Assembly (NCBI RefSeq): GCF_006345805.1 | Contig: NC_043002.1 | Location: 35,526,001-35,590,000, forward strand | Source: Octopus sinensis | Lineage: Eukaryota | Reading direction: 5' to 3' | Length of the DNA stretch: 64,000 bases | Shown here: one piece after another, positions 34,436 to 49,500 of the stretch | How the letters are laid out: each line of letters opens with the position of its first letter | How positions within the stretch are numbered: position 1 is the first letter of the stretch | The notes under the pieces: model-generated | What the model saw: the letters and a program-made list of their open reading frames with translations, nothing else | Told to the model about the DNA's origin: nothing | The model's database searches: none | Translations under genes and position numbers: made by a program

Positions 34436-37400
34436 ATATCCCTCATGTGTCTCCTTTGTGATAGCACTTCTTTCTTACTTTTTAGTACATATATTGGTAC
34501 ATGAGGGACACATGGTCAGTGATGATGCTGTGATGAAATCATCATTATCATCATCATTTAACGTCTGCTTTCCATGGTAGCATAACTTTGACAAACTAAT
34601 TATTCAGTTAATTAATATATTTATCAACTAAATATGTGTTTCGTTGCTAATAAGATAGAAGCGAAACACAACTAGTGCATATGTTTAATTGGCAACATGA
34701 CAATATACATGATATATATATATTTTTCCATAGACAGGTTTTTACAGAGGACTGTAAATGAGCAATTTCGCTCATATGATTGCTGATGCTCATTTACAAG
34801 CATCATGTGATGGTACACATACACACACACATGCATGACAGGCTTCTTTCAGTTTTAGCTACCAAATCCCCTCACAAGGCTTTAGTTGGCCCAAGGCTAG
34901 AGTAGACACACTTGCCCAAGCTGTTGCACAGTAAAACTGAAACCAAGACCCTTATGGTTAGGAAACAAGTTTTTTAACTACACAGCCACATTTGCATATG
35001 TATCAATGTAATGTTATGTAATATATATTAATATAATCTATAATTAAAATTGTATAATAAAAAATTGAATCACTGAAGTTAATTACTTGTAAATGCCATC
35101 TGCATGAAAAGCAAGTTAATCTTTAATGTAGCAAACAAAAGATCTAGTTGGAAATATTTATATGTGAGGAAAAGGCATTAACTCAATGACTAATAAATTT
35201 TATTTTAATTGGTTTGGTATGTATGGAAGGCAACACCAGACTTGTTTTATTATTATTAGAATTCCTAAGCATAGCTGTGTAATGATGATAGAATCATTAA
35301 GTTGACATACAGTTTTGTTCGGGAGTAGACATAAAAAATTAGGATATTTATAAAGATATATTATGAATATATACACAGTATATTTTCTTACCTGTAATAA
35401 AATTTTGCTCATATGTTTATTAGTTTAAATTTCTTTTCTTTTCCCTCTTGCTCTCCAATCTAGAAACCTCACTTCTCAGTTTAAGAAGCCTAGTGGAAAA
35501 TTTTACAGTTTGACTTCTATCAATTTGCAGAGATGGCTCATCATCACTATCATAATTTAATGTCCATATGCCATGCTGGCATGAGTTGGATAGTTTAACA
35601 GAATCTGGGGAGTTGCATGACTGCATGGAGCTCCTGTGTCTGCTTTGGCATGGTTGCTATGGCTAGATATCTTTCCTAATGCCAGCCACTCTAAAGAGTG
35701 TACTGGGTGCTTTTTTGCATGCCACTGGCACTAGTGAGAAGGAAATGGGGTTAAAAGAAAAAAAACCTCCTGGACTAAAGGGGCAGTCAGTGTTTGAGAG
35801 GTGAAGTTCTATGCCAAGTGTTGAGAGGCTAAAGTGTGATGGAAGAGCAAGCCCATGTGGCTTGCTTATAGAGGGTATACAAGGCTACCCAACATTTTAT
35901 AAGGGTGAGTAAGAGTAGTTGGAAGTCAAAATTGTTGATAACTTTTCATGCCCTCTAAAAAGTAGCTTTGTTTATAACATAAAAACACATTCAAAATTTT
36001 TTTATAGCTAGAAGTAAAAATTGTTGTATTGTAGCTTTTTCTTTTTTTTTTTTATTCAAACTCTTTGAGTCTTGGTTAATTTAATTCAATCAATGTTCAT
36101 ATATTCATAAAAGATAAAATTTGATTGTTGGAGTTCAAGTTTCACCTGAATTGCTGTTGCCTTTCATTCCTCTTCTTACTTATTAGAATGAATGCTAGTA
36201 AAATGCTAGTGTTTATTTAGTCAACTATACATTTTTTTGTAGATAAATAAATAGTGGTTTTGTAATCATTTAAAAGAAAATGCAATGAAAGTCACTTATA
36301 TGATCAATTTGGCACAGAGCCTCTTAGGTTATAACAGGGTTTGATAGCATTAAGCAGAGAATATAGCAAATACTTTGGCCCACTGATTTGGTGACAATAA
36401 TTTTCTGATAACATAGTGGACAGTGTTATTAGAATGTTATTGTCATCAAAATCATTTAATATGTTCACTACCTTAGAAAATCTATATCAGCTAAGCAAAT
36501 GACCTCTAAGTGCATTAAATACATAACATGATTTAATATAGTGATTTCAGAAAATTATCATTTTCTTTGAGCTTATAAAATACAAATTTAGCTGGCGAAA
36601 AATGAGTAAGCCAAGATTAGGTATATATGCCGCTTCTGTTCTCGAGAATCCCATTTGAAAACAAACTCAATAACCATCCCTAGATATCAGAAAGATCAGT
36701 AATGTGAAAAAAATTTAAACTGTCTAGGTCAAATGAAAGAGGATCATGGAAAATGGCACATGATATGAAATTAACAAAACATGACTAAATATATAAAAAC
36801 TTCACCATAAAATATTCTCTATAGCTTCTTCATGATCTTCTGAAGTGGCTCTTTTACCAATATATTTATGCACCATGCAGTTAAAGAGAAGAAATTATTG
36901 AAATTAGTCATTACTCATATTACTTCATTTTAGAAATCACTTTTTGCAACTTGAAAATGATCAAATTAGACATTAGTGTGGGAGAAAATTGACTTGGAAT
37001 CCAAGAAAGAAAAGAATATTGATTGTTAAACACAAAATTATCCAGATTTTTTTTTATTAGTTACCTTAATTACAATCAGATCAAAGATGAGAAAAAAATT
37101 TTTGAAAAAGTGGACCTGCCACCTGACTATGTTTTGGACTCTCTCAATCTTCAACAATAACATCTACACTGACCAATTTTTTCACTTAAAGATGATGCAA
37201 TACTTTCACTGTAAAGATTTCAAACAAGCAAGAAGAAAATAATGAGAAATAAGAAATTACTCATTTTTTCCTCGCTTATTTTCTCCCCCCCCCCTATACA
37301 AGGCAGTCATATTTACAATTGATAGTGGGTAACTAATGTGATTAATTTTGGGTTGAAGGAAATCTGGTTTCAGTCACTGACTTTTGTGTATGATGGTATT

Positions 37401-38523
37401 TAGTCTCAGGTCAAGTCTGATCGAACACAATTTTGATAATCAGTGGTGAAAATCTCAGTCTAGTGTGATTTTAGGGAGATTTTGCTGCTATTTCCAGTAG
37501 GTTGAATGACCACTTACAGACTGTTTCATTTACTAGTCTTTGTATGAGTTAGAATTATGTTTGGAATGATAAAAAAAAAATTCATTAGGGTGCCATTTCG
37601 GATTGTTTTCACATTTTAAGTATTTGTATGGGCGACTTTTTGCAGGGGACATAACTCTGCCGACTTTGATCATTAGAATTGTGTTGATATTTATCAGTGA
37701 GAGTAATGGTGAAGGGCTTCCTAACTGATGAGTTGATGGACAGATTAATTTTAAAGTACTGTAATTGAAATCTACCATAACTATGCGTAAGTAGAAATAT
37801 AACGACCACTACAACGGTCTGTTGTAAGGACTTGGCCAAGTTTTATACTGCTGTCTTGATACCTTCTGTAACAATGAAGGTGGAGGTTGGAAATAAAGGA
37901 ACATTCATTTCAATGCTTTCTCCGAAGAGGAAGGATAATGTTATGCTCATGACCCCTTTATAGGACTGTCTAGGCTGGTGGAGGTGAAAGAGAAAGATAT
38001 CACAACTGAATGGATTACTCTCAGGTCATAACAAAGGTCTTGCAAAAAAAAGTACTCCTTCAAATGATCCTAAGAGTTAGCCAGGTAGTGTAGTAGTCCA
38101 TATAGGATCTTCAGATTCCAAAAGGATGACAGGCAAAGCTGACCGTGGGAGGATTTGAACACAGAGCACAGATAGTTGGAAAAATACTGCAAGACTGCCA
38201 ATTCAGCATCTGGTTGTAAGAAATTTACCTTAGCAAATTCTGCAGGGAAAGGTAGCTGTTAAAACGATGATGAGGATGATGGTGACAGAAACTTGCTGTA
38301 CGAATCTTGAAAATGCAAAGCCCAGTGCCACTAGTAGCCATTAGATCCTGGGACATGCATACTGGATTGAATGGGCAGGTTGGATGGTTATAGTACTGAA
38401 CTCATACTTTCACACTTGATCTGTTTTAGTGGTCACACTATTATGGGAGAGTTTCAATTCAAAAATGTTTAATCCTTTATCAATCACGATACTAATTATT
38501 ATATATTATTACATTCACATCAA

Positions 38524-38745
38524 AGGTGGTGAGCTGGCAGAATTGTTAGCACACCAGGCAAAATGTTTAGTGGCATTTCATCCATCTTTATGTTCTGAGT
38601 TCAAATTCCGCTGAGGTTGACTTTGTCTTTCATCCTTTCAGGTTTGATAAATTAAGTACCAGTAAAACACTGGGGTTGATGTAATTGACTAGTCCCCTCC
38701 CCCAAAATTTCAGGCCTTGTGCCTTTAGTAGAAAGGATTATTATA
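38524..38745 (+). mobile_element. tRNA-derived SINE, near full length
   Basis: GGTGGTGAGCTGGCAGAATTG...GAGTTCAAATTCCGC...GATAAATTAAGTACCAG...GGATTATTA tail. Confidence 0.85.
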
Positions 38746-38884
38746 TTCACATCATGGTGGAACTAATATTAAAAAAAATATATGGCTTGGTGATATATAT
38801 TTTTCTGCTATTAAAATTAAGCTGGTGTGAACATCAAGTATAGTTGCTCTCAAGTAGTCCCAGTCAGCTCTCTATGCAGGCTTA

Positions 38885-40125
38885 TCAGGTTGAGTCCAAA
38901 ATTCTTTGGGTTTTTCTGTAATGATTTTTGCTAACTTGTATCTCCATGTTATGTCATTAATTTGAGACAATTTGTTGTCCAATTGTTGCTGAATTGTTTA
39001 TTCTTTATTTTCATATATAACATATAAACATTAGTTTTTTATTCCTTAATTACAACTTTGATAGTGACTGATGGAAAATTGCAATTAGAGGAATTTTATG
39101 CTACCTGTGAAAAAATAACTGAATGCAGCAGCAACAAAAAAAAATCAGTGATGTGCAGCAAAAAACATTAGTGCCCAAGAGCTGTCAACAAATTTATGGT
39201 ACAGACGTTTCAAGTAAGATTACACCAGCCTCAAAGACAAGGCAAAGCCAGGGAGACCTGTTGTGGAAGATGACGTCTTGCTTGAAATGATTGAATAACA
39301 ACCAAACACTCATACATTGTTGGCAGAATTTGGTCCTTTACAAAGCACCATTAATTGACACCTCTGTTACCTCAGCCTTGTGAACAGATGCTTCAAGAAG
39401 CTCCTCATGAACTGGCTAATTACAGGCTCAATGATGTGTGAACATTTGCAGACAACTGCTGGCAAATCTTAAATCTTTGAGATGCCTATTTTTGGAGTCA
39501 GTTTGAAGCTGGTGATGAAAAATGGATCTATTTTTGCAATCCTAATAGAAACCAGTTGCTTCATTCCAACTTGTTATCAGACAAGGGTGGTTTGAACAGA
39601 AAGTCAGGTTGTGTATATTTGGTGGAATTTTGAGGATGTGTTGCACTTTGAGCTTGTCCCAGATGGTCATGCTGTGATAACTAACCTTTATGCCCAACAA
39701 CTACAGCAAGTATATGATGTTTTGAAAGCCTACTATCCACCATTAGTCAATTGAAGATGCATCCATACCGCATGTCAGTACCCTGCACACACTGCCAATG
39801 TGTAGGTAACTTGAGAGGCTGGAAGTGCTGCATCTCCCTGCCTACAGTCCAGACCTTGCACCACCTTGCATCAGATTACCACCTTTTCCAAGTCATGGTC
39901 CATTTCCTGCACAGATGAAGATTCAACAATGTGGATGAAATTGAAAGTGGGTGTAGGGAATTTTTTGCTTCGAAACTGGCCAAACCATATGAGTGTGGAA
40001 TTGAGATTTGGTACAACAGTGGCAACACAATACGATATGATGGGATATATTTTGATGAATAAATGTAATTTGTTTGAACCATAAATAAAAGCTTGAAATG
40101 TGAAGAAACTTTTAACTCAACCTGG
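38885..40125 (+). mobile_element. Full-length degenerate mariner (about 1.24 kb)
   Basis: GDEKWIYF, VYIWWNFEDVLHFELVPDG and HLPAYSPDLAP motifs with stops and frameshifts; termini CAGGTTGAGT...ACTCAACCTG. Confidence 0.85.
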
Positions 40126-40426
40126 TTATAACACATAGGTATCTAGTTGACTTCTTTTGAGTCATCCCTACAGATCTAGATACATCGCTTCTGCATTTGG
40201 TTGAAAATGGAATGCCTTGCATATTTTTTGCAGTGTTTTATTGTATGTGATGCACTGTGATACTCCAAGACGTGTTAGATTTCTCAATTGTCCCAGTCTC
40301 TTCTGGAAATAAAACCCATTAATTAATTAATGCTTAATTTATCCTTTATTGCTCTTAAGTCTTAAACAAAAATCTATTAATTGATTAATGCTTAATTTAT
40401 CATTTATTACTCTTTCTTTCACCAGC

Positions 40427-40586
40427 ATGGCAGAAATAATTGCTGAAGTGTTCCCAGTAGAATCTGGACAGCAAATTCTTGTTTTAACCAAGGGAGACAA
40501 TACCTATTTTACTGGCTTGCCGGACCTTCTAAAAGCAACAACAGGCGTTGCTGGTAAAGTGGTAACACTAGATTTAAATAAATTAA
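40427..40586 (+). CDS. CIAPIN1: Anamorsin coding exon 1
   Basis: TCTTTCTTTCACCAG acceptor, then C-ATG; [20 protein letters not shown]...LNKL; GTAAGT donor, phase 1. Confidence 0.88.
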
Positions 40587-43500
40587 GTAAGTTAACATTC
40601 TTCTCTTCCTTAAAATTTTAATTTTATATGTTATTCCTATTACGACACAATTGTGGTGGTTGTTGATTAGCGCTCACCAGCTGAACCTTGATTTAGCAAT
40701 TTTATAGTCATAGGTATTCTAAAACCATAGATTATATTTTTTTAGATCACAGCACACCTAGATATTCTTTGCAGCACACTTGCCAGAACCATTGCTCTGT
40801 GTGGTTGCTTGACCTAGCAACCAAATTTCTCTCAAATCACATCTTGAACAATGCAGTTGCTGATGAATATAAAGCTGTTGTGGTCATGACTGGAATGCCT
40901 ATTTTGATGATAGGTTTGTTCTGTCAGGTTCCAGATTCTGTGCAATCTGGTGCATGACACTGTTGTTGTTTATCCCCAGGTCATCCATATATATATATAT
41001 ATATATATCTTTATATATAAAACTAAAGTTGTGTGTCTGTCTCCTACGATTTAGATTCCTAACTACTCCCACATTTTGCGGTGCAGTGTAACCAAAAGTG
41101 GGTATCTTATAGTCGTGATTCATATCGAGCCCTTCTGGGTATTAGTGCGCGTCTACGATGAGTCTATGATTTAAAAAAAAATTTACCATCATTTTTTTCC
41201 CATTTTTTAATGCATTTTTTTGCTATTATATAAGGGAAGTAGCTCTCTAAAAATGTATTATTAAATCTCAGAACGTAAAAAGCTACAGTAACACCCCCCT
41301 TTGTGGTTAGCCATATTGAGATGGCTATTATACTTTACATCTCTAAAAATGCTTATATAGTTATTTCCCTTACAAACCCGAGCAACGCCGGGCGATACTG
41401 CCAGTATATATATATATATATGATCTCCTAGTAAGGTGTGATTTGATGGGGATTTGGTTAGTATTTCTAGGAAATTGAGTAATCATGTAGAGGCTCTTTT
41501 AGTTCTCACACATGCCTTTATTCTTTCACTCTGCTACAGGTTTGTGCCATTGGTTACTGTTCCTAATGCCAACTGTGCCAAGAGTATAATGAGTGCTTTT
41601 ATATGTCACTGGCATGGGTACCAGTTGCATGACTCCAGTATCTGTCACGACTATGATTTCGCTTGATGAATCTTCTCAAGCACAGTGTATTGCCAAACGT
41701 CTCGGTCACTAGGCATTGCCTTCGTTAGGCCCAACATTTTAAGATCATGCTTCACCACCTTGTCCCATGTCTTCCTGGGTCCCTCTCTATCACAACTTCC
41801 TTGCACTGATAGAGATTTGCATTTCACACAGCTGTCCACATCCATAGGCATCATATGACCATACCAGTGCAGTTGTCTCTCTTGCACACCACATCTGATG
41901 CCTCTTATGCCCAACTTTTCTCTCAAGACGTTTACGCTCTGTTGTACATGCACATTAACATTCCACATCTAGCAAAGCATACTAGTTTCATTTCTTTCAA
42001 GCCTACACATGTCCTTAGCAATCACTGCCCAAGTTTCACTGTCATGTAGTGAGGCTGTTCACACACAGGTATCATACAATCTAGCTTTTACTCTGAGGGA
42101 GAGGCCCTTTGTTACCAACAGAGGTAAGAGCTCTTTGAATTTTACCCAACCTATTCTTTTTCTAGCAGCCATGCTCTTGGAGCACCCATCCCCGCTCCTG
42201 ACTTGGTTACCTAGGTAATGGAAGCTATCAACTACTTCTGGTTTCCCCACCTGGCACTTGATGGAGTCTATGTTCTGTACAAGAGTAAACTTTGGCATTA
42301 ATACCAAAATGAAATTTTTATATATCATCATCGTTTAATGTCTGTTTTCCATGCTGGCATGGGTTGGATCGTTTGATAGGAGCCGGCCAGACTCCAATTG
42401 TCTGTTGTGGCATGGTTTCTACAGCTGGATGCCCTTTGCAGGGTGTGCTGGTTACTTTCTACATGCCACTGTCATGGGTATGTTTATGCACCAGCATGAG
42501 TCAATTTTATGTGGCACCAGTGCCTGTAAAAGACAAGCCTGTATGTATGGATGACAGAGATTTTACTTGGCTTATATATATCTTCATCATCATTTAACGT
42601 CTGTGTTCACGATACCACAAGAGCCGACCAGGCTGAAGCCTGCACCAGACTTCTGTGACTGTTTTGGCAGGGTTTTTACAGCTGGTTGCCCTTTCTAATG
42701 CCAACCACTCAGAAGAGTAAACTTAGTGCTTTTTATGTGGTACAAGCACAGGTGAAGTCAGTTTTGGCAAGGTTTTTACAGCTGCATGCCCTTCCAAATA
42801 CCAACCACTTAACAGTGTGGACTAGGTGTTTTTAAGTGGCAGCTGCACTGACTGGGTCACCAAGTACTTGCAAGAAAAAAACTTTTAAGAGGGGAGGAGG
42901 CATTGGAAGAGGTGATGATGAAAAGGTTAGAGTGAGACAGATATAGGTGTCTTGCTGAAGAGGAAGTACAAAGTTACCCGGCTGGAGAGAGAAAGATCAG
43001 GAATGAAGACAGCAACAGGTGTGCTACAGCAAAGGAAATACATGGTTGCCCATCCTGAGGGAAGTGCAGGAGAAGGAGAGAGAGTGGGAGACAGCAGGAT
43101 AGAGATGGTAAAATGCCAGGCATGCTCACAAGGATCATAGGGGATCAGAGTATAAATGATATGGTTGAGCAAAGGAAAAGAGAGATGTAGATAGTGGCAA
43201 GTACCTGGTCATACCCTTGAGGTTCAAATGCCACAATATAAGTGACAGGATATTGCAAAGGGAGTGTAATTAAAGATTGCAAGTAAGTGGTGAAAGACCA
43301 TTGTTGTATATTGAGTTTGAGGGGCTACTAGATAGCAATGATACATATATATAATATAGGTACAGGCATAGCTCTGTAGTAAGAAGTTTGCTTCCCAACC
43401 ATACGGCTCTGGGTTCATTCCCACTTTGTGGTATCTTGGGCAAGTGTCTCCTTCCATAGCTTCGGGCTGACCAAAGCTTTGTGAGTGGATATTGTGTGTG

Positions 43501-46500
43501 TGTGTGTGTGTGAGTCTTCCACCACCACCACTTCATAACAAGTGTTGGTGTGTCACTGTAACTTAGTGGTTCAGTAAAAGAGACCAATAGAATAAGTACC
43601 AAGCTTAAAAAAAATAAGTACTAGAGTTGATTCCTTCAACTAAAATTCTTTGAGGTGGTGCCCCAGCATGGCCAGTCTAATGACTGAGACAAACAAAAGA
43701 AGAGAATATATAAAATGATAAATAGGTTGATAGAGATACATATGATGTAGAAACAAATGAAAGGCATAATATATTTTGCAGGGCATCCAGCTGTAGAACC
43801 CTTGCCAGATCAGATTGGATCCTGGTACAGCCTGGATTGCCAGTCCTCAGTCAAACCATTCAACCCATGCCAGCATGGGAAGCGGACGTTAAACGATGAT
43901 GATAATAATGTAAAGGGGAATAACTCGATTGAACAGCTTTACCATAAAGAATTCCTGTTGCACTGTTTTTATTTGACCAGTGCTGGTGTGTGTGTGTGCG
44001 TGTGCCTGCACAACTCAGAATGCAGAAGGCCAGAATAAAATAACTACCAGTTAAATAAAGAACCTGTGACAATCTGTGCTTGATGAAAATTTTCCTATTC
44101 ATATTTTGGATTTTTAAAATAAGAATGTGAAGTCAACTTAGCTACTTTATTGCATTAAAAACAGTTAAATATAACACTCTTGAACCTGATATAGGTTGGT
44201 TCTAATGATTCTACAAATCCATTGTCAAATTGACTACATCCATCCAAATTATCAAATGTGATGCTTATTCATTCACATTGTTTTGAATTAATCCTGGATT
44301 ATCTTGTAGCTTTGACATTTTGACGATGTGATTGTATATTTTGAGACATTGTAGGGTAGGTGTAAGAGGTTGAATGTGTCTGTTTTGGACATAAAACAAA
44401 GTAGAATATTTGGGCTGAGTATGGTTTGTTTAAATGCTAAAGAGTAATGAGAAGCTTGTGCAAATGTAAAAGATTCTTGTTATTACCATTGTAATCATTC
44501 TTATTTTGTTGCTAGGTAAATATGATGGAACAAAATTTGACTCTGCTGTGTTTGGTATGGTTTTATCAAAAGACTTTAAATTTGAACTAGAACAATTGGC
44601 CAGCGTGTGCCAGGTGCTAAAACCAACATCTCAGCTTCATATATTCAAAGTCTCATCACCAGAATCCACACAGACCAAAGATCAACTTATATCATCTTTA
44701 AAATTATCAGGATTTGTGAAGGTCACTGAGGTAAGTTTCTTCACTTTTTTCTGTCTTTTCTTTGTGACAAGATCAATGTTACAGCACGGCCTTAACTTTA
44801 ATGTTTATAAATAAGTAAACATACCTGTAACATGAGGGTTATGAGGTGGATCTTGATCCACATTACAATTATGGAACCTCTTGAAGTCAAATAACATATT
44901 TACTTGGTGGTACTGTTATAAACCTAAACTTGAATATCAAAGTTTAAAAGGTTTTAATTGACTAAAAATACAGCAATATACAATACAAACAAAAATTGCT
45001 AAATTGTAAGCAAAACCAAACTTCAATGCAATAACATTTTATGCAGTGTGTTGCTACATTCTAGACTAACTAAAATCAGCGCTGAACATGTCGTCTGCAA
45101 ACAGAACAGAACTCCGCACAGTCACACTGCAGGCATATACCAGCAATCGAGACAATCAAAATCATGTGATGAAAACTAAAATCACAATAGGTACAGACTT
45201 GCTTTTAGTTTTTCATGGCTTGGTATTTGGGTTTGCAGCAAGGTTGTTGTATCTATGACCTTCATAGAACCTTCAAGACCCATTACATTAATACTGCAAT
45301 TGTTCTTTATAAAGAACACAGATTGATAGCTCCATGAAAAATATGAGTGGAGAGGAAGGAATTCCTAGGAGGCTAATGTTCTGGAAAGAAAGGACTGAGT
45401 AAAGTGTCAGTAAGGGTGGGTCTATGGATAGGGAATGAGGGTATATGCAGTATGAGTGACGGGAAGAGGAAAGATGATTGACTCTTATGGGACTGAGTAG
45501 AGATGGCATGCTACCAACCAGTTCTGAGGACCAAAGGTCAGTGTATGTTGCTGGATAACTTCATGTCAATAAATGAGTTTGATGTTGCTTTTGTTATTGT
45601 AATGTAGTCTTAGATATCTGTATGTTTAGTAGCAGCACTCTCAGATGTTGAAGCCAGAATTGGGTTGTATCCAAGACAGCTCAAGATAATTAGGATTCTA
45701 AATCAAGGTACTGCCTTCTCCTAGCATATAGGAGTTGAACTTAGTATCAAAAGCTAACAAAACATTTATTGATTACACAGTGCTCCTCTTACTGAGGTTA
45801 ACTAATTTTACTCATCCATAGTACCTATTTACACTTGCTACTGGGGAATATCTCATACACCTAAAAAGACAAGATGGTCACGAGTGGAATGTCTTTGATC
45901 ATCAGTTTGATATTTCTGGATTGATCAGAACTTGAAACAACAGCTTATCTTGGTCTTCTATTTAGTTGTTGTTCAGCTTCCTGTTTGCCTCTGATCCTGG
46001 AGGTCTATGATCAAAGGCTTTTCATCCATGACCAATTTGTTTTGCATGAGGTATATCATATTTAATGTATGTTCCTTCCCATTTTTATGATGGTGGAGTG
46101 TAATTTAATATAGATTTGCTGGTATTTCTTGCTGCTTTACTGACCATATAGAGGCTCTCTTGTTGGCTTGTATTGTTGGCAATGTGGAAATATTCACTGC
46201 TGCAAGTATTGAGCCATATCTCCACAAGCTTTTGTTGGCCTGCTGTATTCAGCTCCAGTACTTTTATGGTTATGGTGAAGGCAATGGGAAAATTATTTTG
46301 CATCCTTTTTAGAGTTGTTACTTGACGACAGAATGGCATGATGTGTTTTATTTACTTTTCTAAATGTTATGCTGAGGACTTCTATTAGGGTTATTTTTAA
46401 AAGCATTTATTGTGTCTGTGTAATCAGCTTCTATGTGCTGCTAGTAGCGTATAACTCAAGATAACATGTCTCATTGTCAGGTGACGAGTAACTAAATTGG

Positions 46501-49500
46501 CTTTCTCATCTTGTTTATTGAGTGAGGTGTGTATGTGTGTGTGCATGTGGTGTCCTGTGATGATTGTTATTACTGTCTATTACTCTGGCATAAGTATAAA
46601 CATATAAACAGATAATGCTGGTACAAGACCCAACAGGGGAACCTTTAAGTTGTTGCTTGACCTACTAGAAATACCAGAAAAATTCCAGGAAATCATACCT
46701 TATTATTTTTTTTAAAAAAAAGGGAAAAAGAAACACATTGGATAATATTGTCCTAGATACACTTTGTCAACAGGAAATAAATGTGAGGTCAAAACTGGAA
46801 TACCTTTGATCATAAGGTATGCTTCATCATGAATGATTTGGAATTGAACAACAACAACAACAACAACTATTGCTGCAAACAGCAGGAGTATTGTACAACT
46901 GGCGAATGTTTTATTAGATTGTAAGACTGCTTTGAAATACTTCTGAGGCTTTAGAGTAGTGAGAGATGGTCTCTGAGTGGTTGACTTGTACTGATGGCTC
47001 ATTGAGACATCATAGCAAGTTAACTCCTCTCATTGAATGATGTGGGAATTTAAGCTGGACGATATATTATATCAGCCACAAATGACTGTTTGTATGTTCA
47101 CATCACATTGTGGGACCTTAGTATGAAATAGAATTCGTAACATTAAATTGATAAGTCTCAGCTGGTGCAACGAAAGATTCTGTGACTGTAACAAGGTTCG
47201 TAACTCAGTCAAACAGTTGGAAAGGGAAATAATTCGTTTATTTATTTTTTTTTTGTATGTGGCTTTACAAACTTACATTTTATATATTTGGCATAATGCA
47301 TAGGCCAACTCATCATTTTATGTCCGTTTTACTATGCTTGCATTATTTTCAGCACAGCATCTCACCATATGTTGGCAGTCCTATGTCATTTTCTTGGTGA
47401 GGTGCAGCATCTTGAAATCAACGTTTATAATTTCTGCTTCCTTTGGTCTTCCAATTTTGACTTAAGGATGTTAAAGGTGCTAGGTATACTTATTAATAAA
47501 TGTTATTGTTGTATAGCTGTAGGTCAAAGCTATCATTAAAGAGATTCAGCTATATTGTTAAAGGAATATTTTTTTTATTTACTCTCGGAGTGGTTGGCAT
47601 TAGGAAGGGCATCCAGCTGTAAAAATTCTGTCAGATCAAAATTGGAGCCTGGTGCAGCCATCTGGTTTGCCAGTCCTCAGTGAAATCGTCCAACCCATGC
47701 TAGCATGGTAGGCGGACGTTAAACGATAATGATGATGATTGCACGTTTGGCTATTCAGTTTTCCTCATTCAGTTTTGTAGTTTTATATATCAGCTTAAAA
47801 CTGTACTGTATATCTTTTGCAGCTCCCAGAAGTCAAGCTCTCCGATTCTAATGTAGATTCCATCAAGGCGTTTTGTGATTTGCCTGCTGAAAGCTCCTTA
47901 GTCCATCTGTCTGCAGCAAAACCTAGCTATGCCATTGGTTCCACAAACAAGCTTAATTTGAGTCAAAAACTCAAGACAAGTAAGGGTTTTCTTTATTTGT
48001 TTGTTTTGATATCTGTTTGGAAACTGAAGTGGTTGTTTCACAAGGCTGTCTTTTTGAGCTTTGCAAAGGATACAGGTACCTGTCAGATGTATTTTAGAAT
48101 TTCCTCATATAGTATAGTCATTGGAAATTGTGCTACCTAGGCATCTGAACAGGGGAAGTGTAGATTGTTGTTTATTGTTTTGTTAAGTAAGTGGGGATAA
48201 GGAAGAGTGGTGCAGCATGCCATTGATAGTCAGTCTTGCTTTTCTGGACATTAACAGTTTCACCCACTCATTTATAAGTTGTAATTGTACCTGAGATGAT
48301 GGACCAAAGGAATTCTGGAGTGTGAGCCACCAGAGCTCAGTCATCAGCATAGTAGCTCAATAATCTGTTTAGATTTAAGCTTAGTGGAAGACTGAAGACT
48401 TTTATAATTGAAAATATTTCTGTCAGGCAGAAGTCTTTCTCCTTCCCGTTCCATCCTTCTCCATTTATGATAAAGTCATACAGCTGAAGTTATTAAATAG
48501 CACAACAGTCAATACATAACCCTGTCTGACACACATCACCTTGTTGGATGATATGATGTATATAGTGCAGTAGTACTTAGTTGAAGAGTTAGGTGTGTTG
48601 GTCTTTTCCACTTGTTTGCAATTCTTTTGCTTACAACTCACTGCTGTTGCTTAGCAAATATAGTCTTCCTTGACATTGTGCTGTCTCACACCAAAACTCT
48701 GGCCATGCTTCTTCATAACTACTTATGGTTACTGAGTGCTTTGCAGTTCCAGAGTAGTGGTGATCCTTAGAGAAACTATGCTCACTTTGGTGGATATATC
48801 TTTGTATTTATGAACCATTACTATAGTGCCTAGTTAGTGAGTTCAGGAAGAGAAAGGCTAACACTGTACACTGAGAGAAGTAGTTGTGGTAGTCAGCTGG
48901 GAATAGGTACTAGTTATTTTGGGTCTCACTTGCCACTGGATCTATCAAACATCAGGTTATGCATTAAGATACCGTCAAAGTCTCCTAATGGATGATTTTA
49001 ATGCATGAGCAAGTGGAAAATAAGTGTACACGAGATGAAGTGATTGGAAACTATAGTATTGAAAAAAAAACGAACAGCAGTAGCACTAGACTTCTTTGTG
49101 TGTAGTGCACAGCCTCATCTTCCAGTAGAAAAACTAACACAAAACTTCGCATAATTATCCCAGGCCCAAACATTAATAATCTCATTGACTACATCATAGG
49201 TGACCTCAAAGATGTTCTCCTCACTTATGCAACAAAGGAAGCTGAATGTTGGACAGTCTTGCATGATATTAATGAGTTATTAAAGGGCTACTATGTTTTC
49301 TCTTGATGTGCTAGAAATGGTTACCAAATCTCCCTCAAATCATAAGCTACTGTCTTGTATAATATCAAAACACATTAGACAATATAATCCTACATACCTT
49401 TAAAAGAACTGGATGGTTATGATCCTGATCTAACAGACCTATGATCAAAAGTTTGATGTTTTTGATCATAGGTCTGTTAGATGAAGATTGACTTGGAGCT

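Noticed and set aside
35420-35626. 68-aa minus-strand ORF with plausible composition
   Set aside because: Half of it is reversed RTE-tail sequence and there is no splice support.
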